Assembly: GCF_000143415.4 (NCBI RefSeq)
Contig: NW_003314277.1
Span: forward strand, 1,074,868 to 1,138,867
Direction: 5' to 3'
Length of the DNA: 64,000 nucleotides
Source of the DNA: Selaginella moellendorffii
Lineage: Eukaryota > Plantae > Lycopodiophyta
Below, in pieces: positions 45,197-54,960 of this stretch. A program made the position numbers and the translations under genes. How positions within the stretch are numbered: the first letter of the stretch is position 1; each line of letters begins with the position of its first letter. The notes beneath the pieces were generated by a model, which saw nothing but the letters and a program-made list of their open reading frames with translations, searched no databases and was not told the origin of the DNA.

Positions 45197-45787
45197 CCAA
45201 GTTGGAATCCAATATTTAATGGATCGTCACAAAATAATTGTCCCATGTCCATTTCGTTATGAAAGTATATGAAAGATGTGAGCTCGAACTCCCGACCCCA
45301 GCTTTCTTTCTTTCTAACCTTTATTTAACTTATCCTGCGTGAATAATTAGCTGCATTCTACGACTGATTTTTACTTACAGCCAAGATACTCTACGAACAC
45401 AAAGGAAGGCTTCAGTACAAGAGAAGCTACCAGAGAAGTGTCTATGTCATCTTTTAGACATTGTTTGAGGTAAACTTCAAGAAACGTTTACGTGAATTTT
45501 CTAGTTGGTTTCCATCCTTCCCCACAGGATTGTGTTGTCTCAAACGCGAGGACCAAATCTGGATCAATCCGTACCCAGTCCAAGCCAAGGCCGCATTGTA
45601 TCACAGCTTCACATTTTACTTTCTAACGCAGATATTGTCAATGAGTAGCCCTGAACTAAACGTGCTAATCCTGTAAGACGTGGTCACCGCCTAGAACTGT
45701 AAATCCTCCCATCCAACACTTCAAGCTTCAAGTTTCTCAAAGTTTCTTATCGTTTGCAAGTCGAGACAAGAGGAGAGTTTTAAGAAA

Positions 45788-46056
45788 CTGGCGAGCAACA
45801 AGAAGAGCGTGAGGCGGTGCTCCTGGTGGGAGTTGACATTGGAGGCATTGCAAATGCAAGCGCCTAGAAGTGGGAATGCAAGTCGGGGTGGCACTGGGAT
45901 ACGAAGTGCGTCTCTGGTACAACAATTCCTGGATGCCAGTACTGGTTCTGGAATACCAGTTCTTGCCACCGCTGCTCTGTTGGTACTGGTATGGCATCGG
46001 TTGCCACAGATGCGAAAAGGGGCAGGCGCTGGACTGGAAGGTTCTATAAGGACTGA
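45788..46056 (+). pseudogene. Cys/Trp peptide type A copy 4 (pseudogene)
   Basis: Start codon changed ATG>CTG (ctggcgagcaacaag), with frameshifts. Paralogous to 38863-39136. Confidence 0.82.
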
Positions 46057-46679
46057 ATTGCCCATCAAGATCCATGCTGAAACTTGTATAATAGCCAATT
46101 GTAATAACTTTTTGGTAAATAATATGTGTCGTCTAGCGAAGTCCAATTTCCTCGGCAACAAAATCAGAAGAGATTTCATCCTGCCTTGCTGCTTGAGTTT
46201 CATTTTCTAATATTTCATAAAAAAATTCTGAATGTTTAGAAGCTTGAGGCCTTTTCTCCACCACATACATGTCACTCAATAAGTGCGTTCACTTTTAAAA
46301 ACATTACCATATTTTTTAATGCATATGAACCAGTTAGCAACTCAATTTATATTCATATAAAATAGTGATTGATCGCAATTAGATAGATAGATAGATAGAC
46401 ATTTTTATAGTCACCGGGATATTTTTGATAATTTCACAACAAAACTCGAGGTTGTTTCATTTGAATAAAGTCGTACACTTGTTTATTGACCCCGTCAATG
46501 AAGCACAAACACGACATATCGTGCCCGAGAAGCAGTAAAAACCGTGTACATAGCAGTGTTACTTAGACTCAGCCTCAAATCCTCCATATAAATTGGCACT
46601 ACTCTGGCACCATAACACAGCAAAGCAAACAAGGGATACAAGAAAAGCAATTAGTTTACATTTCTAGATTGACGATACA

Positions 46680-46997
46680 ATGGCGAGCAAGTCCCAGCTG
46701 ATGCTTCTGGCCATGTTTGTGACAATCCTCCTGGTTGGAGTGGACGTTGGTGGAATCGAAGGCGCAGCAGCCCAGCGGCAATGCAAATCTGGATGGAACT
46801 GGGACGGTCATAAGTGCATCCAGTGTCCCAAAGGCTGGTACTGGTATAGCAGCGATTGCCACCGATGCCTCTCCGGATGGAAGTGGAGTGGAAGCAAATG
46901 CGTGAGTTGCCCGAGCAACTGGTACTGGTACAACAACAAGTGCCACCAATGCCAGTTTGGCTGGAAATGGAGCAAGGGCCACTGCATCAAGAACTAA
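46680..46997 (+). CDS. Secreted Cys/Trp-rich repeat peptide, type B copy 4 (5 repeats, 105 aa)
   Basis: Signal peptide ending AAA|Q. The mature 74 aa has 10 Cys, 10 Trp, 11 K/R and 2 D. Confidence 0.9.
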   Translation: MASKSQLMLLAMFVTILLVGVDVGGIEGAAAQRQCKSGWNWDGHKCIQCPKGWYWYSSDCHRCLSGWKWSGSKCVSCPSNWYWYNNKCHQCQFGWKWSKGHCIKN

Positions 46998-47510
46998 CCA
47001 AATTGGAGGCACAAAATGAATTGTCCTATGATTTTAAATCTGATTTAAATAAAATCGCAAACTTATTGGGAGAAAAAATGGGGTGAGAGAGGTTCGAACT
47101 CTCGACCTCACACGAAGTAAAGCTTAAATCATAAAAACTTTGTTTTGAAAGTGCTATGAAAAGTTAAAAAAAGAGGAAGTGGCGTAGATTGTGTGCTCGG
47201 GAAGGATTCCACGAGCGTATTGCTTCCAGCCAAGATGCCCTCTATGATCGCAACAGAAGGCATTACTACAAGAGAGATTCATCTTTGGACAAGGCCGGCC
47301 ATTGTTTGAGGTAATTCAAGTCATTTGATTTCCATCCTTCTGTCACCTCATTGTTTCGCAGTTTCACATAACATTTGACTTTTTAACGTTGAGAAAGTCA
47401 GCGAGTCATCCGGAACTTATAAGACGCGGTCAATCCCGCACTCAAGCACATCAAAGTTCACACTCAAGCTTCTGCAAGTTTCTTTAGGCAAGTCTAAGAA
47501 AGTTCTAAAG

Positions 47511-47814
47511 ATGGCGAGCAACAAGATGCTGCTGGCGATGTTTGGTGCTCCTGGTGGGAGTTGACATTGGAGGAATTGCAAGCGCGAGCGCCCAGGGGCG
47601 ATGCAAGCACTGGGATGGGAAGACGTACGTCTCTTGCCCGCCCCGCTGGTACTGGTACAACAATTTTTGCCAGCGATATCGATGCCCGCACAATTGGTAC
47701 TGGTACTCGGGTTCTTGCCACCGCTGCCCGACCAACTGGTACTGGTATGGGAACTCTTGCCACCGCTGCCAGATGGGCTGGCGCTGGACTGGAAGTTTCT
47801 GCAAGAAGAATTGA
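47511..47814 (+). pseudogene. Cys/Trp peptide type A copy 5 (frameshift in the signal peptide)
   Basis: atgtttggtgctc versus atgcttgtggtggtgctc (5-nt deletion). The 304-nt span is not a multiple of 3, although the downstream repeats stay open. Confidence 0.8.
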
Positions 47815-48125
47815 AGTTACCCATCGAGATCCAAGCTCATATAAGATGTCAACGCCAATGATCATTGTAACCTTTTGGTGAATAAAATGTGTGTGCTTTT
47901 CTTTCCATGACATTGCATTCTAAAGCTCATGCAGAGTCCACTTGACAAGACACTTGCTGCTGAAGCATACAAAGTCTATGGAAAGGCTGGAATTTTTCCT
48001 GATTTAGGCATTCTCCCCAACAAGCAATTATCTCTTTTGGCATGTTGGCATGTAATATAAATATTTGGCTCTTAGGAAAGTTAGGCATCTCCACACTTCT
48101 ATTATTTGCATTACAAATCAAGTGT

Positions 48126-48130
<5 letters not shown>

Positions 48131-48162
<32 letters not shown>
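48131..48162. repeat. (CT)n microsatellite
   Basis: Direct read. Confidence 0.95.
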
Positions 48163-48165
<3 letters not shown>

Positions 48166-48723
48166 CTCATCCAGTGCCATCCCTTACCCACTTCTTTCTT
48201 GAGATTAAAGAGTGGAATTTCTTTTTTTTTTTTGCCGTTTTTCTATGTTCTTTTGGCAGGTAACAAAAGGTAGAAAAAGTGTGCACCAGCTGCCAATTTC
48301 ACTTTTAGTTTCTAGCAACTTGAGTAGCAAGATTACCGAATTGCACTGCAGAGTTCCATACTCTGAGATTTCATTCAGGAGACAAGAGATGAGAGAGAAA
48401 CGTAGATTAGTTTCTAGCTATTTACCTTTAAAAACATTATCATATTTTTTAATGCTTAACTCGTAATTTTTGATGATTTCACAGGACTTAAATAGGAATA
48501 ATGAGACTGTTTCATTTGGATTGACCCCGTCAATCAAGCACAAACACGACATGTCGTGCCGGAGACGCAGTAAAAACCGTGTGCATAGCTGTCTTACTTG
48601 GACTCAGCCTCAAATCCTCCATATAAATTGGTACACATTGGCAGAACCCAGCAAAGCAGTTAATCAAGAGAAAGAAGAGATACAAGAAAAGCGATTAGTT
48701 TACATTTCTAGATTGACGATACA

Positions 48724-49041
48724 ATGGCGAGCAAGTCCCAGCTGATGCTTCTGGCCATGTTTGTGACAATCCTCCTGGTTGGAGTGGACGTCGGTGGGAT
48801 TGCAAACGCAGCAGCCCAGCAACGATGCAAATCTGGATGGAACTGGGACGGCCACAAGTGCATTCAGTGTCCCAAAGGTTGGTACTGGTATAGCAACGAT
48901 TGCCACCGATGCCTCTCCGGATGGAAGTGGAATGGAAGCAAATGCGTGAGTTGCCCGAGCAACTGGTACTGGTACAACAACAAGTGCCACCAATGCCAGT
49001 TTGGCTGGAAATGGAGCAAGGGCCACTGCATCAAGAACTAA
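48724..49041 (+). CDS. Secreted Cys/Trp-rich repeat peptide, type B copy 5 (5 repeats, 105 aa)
   Basis: Intact ORF, nearly identical to 46680-46997, with a complete B promoter module. Confidence 0.9.
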   Translation: MASKSQLMLLAMFVTILLVGVDVGGIANAAAQQRCKSGWNWDGHKCIQCPKGWYWYSNDCHRCLSGWKWNGSKCVSCPSNWYWYNNKCHQCQFGWKWSKGHCIKN

Positions 49042-49122
49042 CCAAATTGGAGGCACAAAATGAATTGTCCTATGATTTTAAATCTGATTTAAATAAAATC
49101 GCAAACTTATTGGGAGAAAAAA

Positions 49123-49207
49123 TGGGGTGAGAGAGGCTCGAACTCTCGACCTCAGGATAACCTAGAAGCTATGAGACCTACGCGCTGACCAACTGCGCCA
49201 CCACCCC
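49123..49207 (-). tRNA. Elongator tRNA-Met(CAT) with an 11-nt intron (49159-49169)
   Basis: GGGGTGGTGGCGCAGTTGGTCAGCGCGTAGGTCTCATA[GCTTCTAGGTT]ATCCTGAGGTCGAGAGTTCGAGCCTCTCTCACCCCA, the canonical plant intron-containing tRNA-Met, followed by a T-run terminator. Confidence 0.97.
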
Positions 49208-49406
49208 ATAACAAAATTAATAAACCATTCTTTTAGTTTAACCTTTCGCAGCACCAAAAGGTTATTTTCGTTAATAAATTTATATGGTTTATTGTTTAAC
49301 TAATATGGTTCATTGTTAAATTTATCAAAACTCACATAATAATAAATTAGCTCCAGGCCTCTATAAAACTTATCAACTTCCTGACACAAATATTCAGGCA
49401 GCCACA

Positions 49407-50749
49407 ATGTTGAAGCCTTACCTTCTCTTTCTCCTCTTTGGTTTTCTGATTTTGTCTGTTCATTATCGGGGATGCCTAGGCCGCCGTGAGGATGATGATG
49501 ACGATGATGACAACCATGACGACCGTGACAATGATGGTGGTGACGATGACGACACTGAACTTCCACCCCGCGAAGCCCTTTCCCGTGCAAATTCTGATAA
49601 AGTCAAACTTTACGTCGGCCCCGACGAGGAGTACAAGACGATCACAGAGGCAATCAATGCTGTTCCCCTCCAAAACAAGCAGCGGTATATCATCAACGTC
49701 GCAGCAGGAGTTTATCGGTATGTTAGTGGTGAATGTGAGAAACCAGCCATTCTTTTGTTTTGTTTGGGCTGTGCAGTGAAAAGATCATAATCCCTGCAAC
49801 AAAAGACTTCATCACACTTGTCGGTAACCCTGACGCCAAGTTTTCCACGGTAATTGTGTTCAATGGGAACACCAACAATTCCGTCAAAACGTTCAACACC
49901 TCCACATTTGCAGTTGAGGCTAATTTCTTTGTAGCTCAGTACATTACTTTCAAGGTAAAAAAACAAAACTCGAATCCAAGCTAACAGCATATGCAATACT
50001 GACTTATTGTTGTTTTTATGATTTAGAACGATGCTCCGTTTGCTTACTCCGGAGCTGTGGGAGGCCAAGCCGTGGCCCTTCGCGTCTCGGGTGAATACGC
50101 GGCATTCTACGACTGCTTTATTACTTCCAGCCAAGATACCCTCTACGATCAGAAAGGAAGGCATTACTACAAGAGAAGCTACATTCAGGGAAATGTCGAT
50201 TTCATCTTTGGACAAGGCCGGGCATTGTTTGAGGTAAACTTACAAGAAAGTTTTACCTTTTCTTCTTACTTGGTTTTCATCGTTCCCACAGGACTGTCTC
50301 ATCATTTCAAACGCGAGGAGCAAATCTGGATCGATCACTGCTCAGTCCAAGTTCAATGCCACATTGGACTCGGGCTATTCGATTTACAACAGCTACATTG
50401 GAGGGACGGGCCTGGTGCATCTGGGTCGTCCGTGGAAGGAATATGCTTCGGTAGTATTTGTCAACAATTACCTGGACGAAGTCGTCAACCCGACTGGATG
50501 GGACCAATGGGCTTACAACCCAGCCGCGGGGTAAGGACAGTTTCCTCACCACATAGAAAGAGAAAAGGTGACGGGCCTAATCTCTCTGGATTCTGCAGGA
50601 CTGCGTTCTTTGCCGAACATGGGAACTTTGGTCCCGGCGCGGACAGCACCAGGCGTGTTAATTGGATCAAGCAGCTGACCTCAGATCAAGCTTATGAGTA
50701 CAGCGATATAAAGTTTATCGATGGGCAGGACTGGCTCTACTTGGAGTGA
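49407..50749 (+). CDS. Pectin methylesterase (no PMEI pro-domain), 5 exons
   Basis: Signal peptide, YKTITEAINAVP, AGVYREKI, QAVALRVSGE, QDTLY, GNVDFIFG, HLGRPWKEYA, FAEHGNFGPGA, FIDGQDWL. Confidence 0.95.
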
Positions 50750-50873
50750 TGAAGATTCTTTTCACTCAAGTTTTAACTAACCACTAACCCAAGTTCCTCA
50801 AATTTGCGATGTCATCTAACAAAGAAAAAGAAGAAAAATTCCCATTGAAACTAAAGCCTTTTGACAAATCTCT

Positions 50874-52447
50874 TTAAAGTGCTGTTGGAAGTATCGGACC
50901 ATTAGCATACAAAGCCACGAGCAGCGCAGACATGGCGGCCGAATTGTAAGTGGTGGCCTCGTTTTGCATTGTGTTGTCTCGCAAGTCGGAGTAGCTATCG
51001 TTTTGAAAGGGCCCTCCGACCAGAGCTCCGGTGGCGACGTGTGGATTTGGAGCAGAAGCGTGGAGCCACCGGAATCCATCTTTGCACCCAGTCGCTGCGT
51101 CCAGAGGTATGGATGCTTCTCTATGATGGAGCTGCTGTGGAAAGTTTGCGCCATATCCAACGAGGTAGCTCTTGGACATGGGGTTCTCTCCCAAGATGTA
51201 ATCGGCCTGTAAGAGAACTTTTTTAGCCTGAGACCACAAAAGTTCTAAGTTCTAGTTCCAACTTTGTAACTACTTTTAAGTCTCGAATTCTATCTTTGAA
51301 GAACTCTCAAAGTTTTTAGTACCTGTGAAGCCGCAAACGCCCGAAGATCTTTGGCCGCGAAGCTGTTCCCGGAACACCGGAACTGCTTAACTCCCGAGCT
51401 CGAAAGATAGTCCGCGTACACGACCGCTAAGAAAGCCGAGCCAACGGCGTGCTGGACAGCGTTCCTTTGGCTCACCCACAGCAATCCACCGGTACTCCTG
51501 TTCGTGCTAGCAGTGGGAGACTGTGGAAGAAACGCACAGACCAGGTGTTCGGCAGTCTTGCCATACTTCACCAGCGAGCTTCTCACCATTACATCACTCT
51601 CCTCCGGCTCAAACAAATAGTGTCGCGATAGCAGCACCTAGAAGAATGGAAGTGTGAGAAGAGTGTGGAAGAATCGAAGGAAAACAACACAAGAAAAGAA
51701 ATGGAAGTCAAAAAAACACTAGAAAGTTTGAGAAAGTGTGGAAAAACTTGCCTGAATGCCCGGTTTCTTGTCATCCCAGCTAAACCAAGCAGGAGCTTTC
51801 TCCCATCCGGCGCTTAGCTGTGCCAGCTTTCCAGTCGCGTAGGCGAGGTACTTTGAGTCCTTGGTCGCGTAAAACATCCACGAAGCGGCCCAGAGGAGCT
51901 CGTCCTCGAAGCCCGTAGAGTTATAGTACAGCTGATCGGATGGAAAGCTGGCGGTGTAAGATCCACGATGCTTGTCTGCAAAGGCGAAGAGCTGCGTTGC
52001 GTGTGAGAGGAGAGTTTGTGCGTACGAGGGGTCATCGTTTCGAAACACGAGCGAGGCTGCTGCCATGGCCGCCGACGTCTCGGCCGCCACCTCGGTCCCT
52101 GGGTGTGATGGATCCAGCTTGAAAGACGGGCGAGCAGTGTCCATCTTCTCGGCTCTCTCCCAGCATGCGTGATCCAGCCTTGGGCTTCCTACCTGGCTAT
52201 CACGAAAGTACAAAAGTTAGAAAGAGGATAGCTTGATCATAGAAGACGAACATACTACGAGAACTAGCGAAAAACTGAGTTCTTACACTTGTACCAGACG
52301 AAAAGATCATTCCAAGGAACATCCACAATAAAAACGTGAAAGACAAAATCGAATCTTCTCAGGAATTCGAAAGCATCGGTGGAAGGAAAAAACACCTCAA
52401 ATTACACGCGAAAAGGAGAAAACATATCTAAGTTACACAGAAAGCTG

Positions 52448-52497
<50 letters not shown>

Positions 52498-53520
52498 ACA
52501 TATATCTGAAGAACCATCTATCAACGACAAGAAATTACACTCACATGTAGCCGAGAATACCATCTATCTCTAGCTCAATTTCACGCGACTAACATAGAGA
52601 AAGATTAGCTCTAGCAAAAGAGAATGCAATCCAAAGAACCATCATTCTAGTTCTAGGTATTAGCAAAAGAAAGAACAAGAGAAACATACACAAGGAAACC
52701 ATAGCAGCTAGAGGAAAGAGAGGAGAAAAAAAAACGTGTACCTGGAAGTAGAGCTCGTTCTCTGATGCGTGGGCCTTGATGAGATAATCGGTGATCCATT
52801 TGAGCGATCCAGTGACCGAGTGGAGTTGCTGCGTGGCGGTGTACTCCTTCCTATACTCGAGAATGCTCCACGAAAGAATGGTGGCCGTGAACGCCATTGG
52901 AAAGCCAAACTTGATGTAATCCCCAGCGTCATACATTCCGCCGCTTAAATCCACGTGTGCATCGCTACCGTCGGATAGCGCCGAATCTCCTCGCCATTCT
53001 ATGGGATTGTCTGGGGGTAGCTTTCCCGCTGCGGAAGATCCAAACCATTAGAACGAACGAGGAAACGCAAAATCCAGGGGGAGGGGAAGGGACCGACAGC
53101 GACCACGAGGGACCCAATGCGGAGTTCTCGCAGCCAACGTGATCGATTTCGGGGAATTGCAAGGGAATCGATCGTCGACGAGGAAAGAAAAATCTACTCA
53201 CATTTCTGGATGTCGAAGAACTGGAGAGAGATCTTGAGTGGCTCCGCGTACTTGGCGTAGACAGTGCCTCCGGAGTCCTGGGATGGAGGATACGAGACGC
53301 TGGCGGCTGGAGGCTGGGCATTTGCTGGAGGGATCTTCCCTCCAGAGATTGGGGACGAGGAAGAAGAGGAAGAGGAGGAGGAGCTCCCGCCTTTGTGCCT
53401 GTGCTTGTGCTGCGCAACGAACACTGTGACAACGGATAGAACAGCCACCAATGCTACAATGCCGGCTAAAACCCACCATTGCCATCCCCCTTTCTCTGTG
53501 TGGCGAAGCCTCCTCACCAT
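50874..53520 (-). CDS. Glycoside hydrolase family 9 endo-1,4-beta-glucanase with an N-terminal membrane anchor
   Basis: LQFFDIQK, DLSGGMYDAGDYIKFGFPMAF, DHACWERAE, PGTEVAAE, EDELLWAA, SWDDK, DYILGENP, HHREASIP, GALVGGP, QNEATTYN. Confidence 0.96.
52449..52500. repeat. Compound (CT)n(CA)n microsatellite in a GH9 intron
   Basis: Direct read. Confidence 0.95.
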
Positions 53521-54660
53521 AGCTGTGAGCTGTGAGAGGAGGAGATCTCGATCAATGCCAGGAGCAAGGAGGAGAGGAGGACAACAGAAAAGAGAAGAAA
53601 AACTATTCTTTCATCTCTCTCTCACGCAGAGGAAGGAGATCTTGGATTTCTTTCTCCAGCTTCTTCTCTCTCTCTCTTCTTTTCTTTTTCTAAACTGCTT
53701 TAAATGTATTGATCAGATGGATCTCTTAACTCAATCGCATTCAATGCAGAACGGACGGGTAACAGGCTGCTCTGGTACCTGGCCGTAGAATATAAAAGGT
53801 CACATTTACATTTACGTACAAACATTTACATTGATCGTCAAGAAAATCAGTCTTTTTTATCTGACGTGATCGCCTGTGAGAGAATTGTATGCCAAACAGG
53901 CTATGCGTTGGAAGCAAGGAGAGTGTTTGAAACCATGCCCCGAGTGATTGACTAATTCGATAATCACTGCGGTCGCCCAGAACTTTAGAGAGGCGAGGAG
54001 CTCCTTTGACAGCCTACTAGGGAAGGTTCTTCTGGCAGGATCGCAAGATCAATCTTGCCAAGGGCCTGTTTGATTCGATGGAGGAGCGAAGCACAACGTG
54101 CTGCCTATGCATTTCGAAACGGCCAAGATCTTCCATCTGAAAGATTCCAAGATTCATGCTAAACGCGTTAGCCGAGCTTTACAGCCGTCTCCAGAAAACA
54201 GCCTCGCATCTTCGAGCTTGAGACGAGTAATCCTCCACCATACGAAATTGAGTACGTGCCGCCAAGCATAATGGACAATGCATGACATCTTTTGGGGTGG
54301 ACAGGCACAAACCGCATCCAATACGAAGTTCTTGAGTTCAAATCTCCTCGCCGCCCACCAGTTCATGGTCCATGCAACAAGAAATTACGAAGAAATTGCA
54401 AACCTTTGAGTCAAAATAGAGGGCTAGATAACATCTCCAAACCGATCAAACCAAGAAAAGCCACCTCTCAAAGACTCTAATTGCAGGCTGGATTGCTTCC
54501 TCAACACGGCTAATGGGAATGCTACAATCGAAGCTGCAAGAGCTTTTATTCCTGCAAATGCCACAGTTTTCCTTCAAACTCCAGCATTGCTGGTCTATTA
54601 CAGCAAATCTTTATTCCTGCAAATGCCGTGGTGAAGTCATATTACAGCAGTGTTGTGTGA

Positions 54661-54960
54661 TCACATCCTAATGCAGCGGCTTCCACCACCACTCCAGCTC
54701 AAACCAGGAGGGCAGCGATGGCAGCCATTTCTATACCAGTACCAGCTGCTTGGGCAACTCACGCATTTGCTTCCACTCCACTTCCATCCGGAGAGGCATT
54801 GGTGGCAACCGTTGCCATACCAGTACCAGTCTTTCGGGCACCGGATACACTTCTCACCATCCCAGTTCCATCCGGATTTGCATCGCTGCTGGGCGTCCAC
54901 TCCCACTAGGAGGAGTGTCACAAACATCGCCAAGAGTATCAGCTGGGACTTGCTCGCCAT
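54661..54960 (-). CDS. Secreted Cys/Trp-rich repeat peptide, divergent inverted B-like copy (5 repeats, 99 aa)
   Basis: MASKSQLILLAMFVTLLLVGVDA|QQRCKSGWNWDGEKCIRCPKDWYWYGNGC... CTATAAAT lies upstream at ~55033-55040 on the minus strand. Confidence 0.85.
   Translation of the reverse strand: MASKSQLILLAMFVTLLLVGVDAQQRCKSGWNWDGEKCIRCPKDWYWYGNGCHQCLSGWKWSGSKCVSCPSSWYWYRNGCHRCPPGLSWSGGGSRCIRM

Noticed and set aside
46680-49041. WNW / WKWSK motifs recalling darobactin-type or BURP-cyclised RiPP core peptides
   Set aside because: There is no radical-SAM, BURP or other modifying enzyme in the window and no obvious protease sites between units. Regularly paired Cys fit a disulfide-bonded repeat protein better. 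Not strictly excluded without mass spectrometry.
53900-54340. Possible PLS-PPR fragment (LAKGLFDSMEERS) and other gene debris
   Set aside because: Too short and degenerate to define boundaries or identity.
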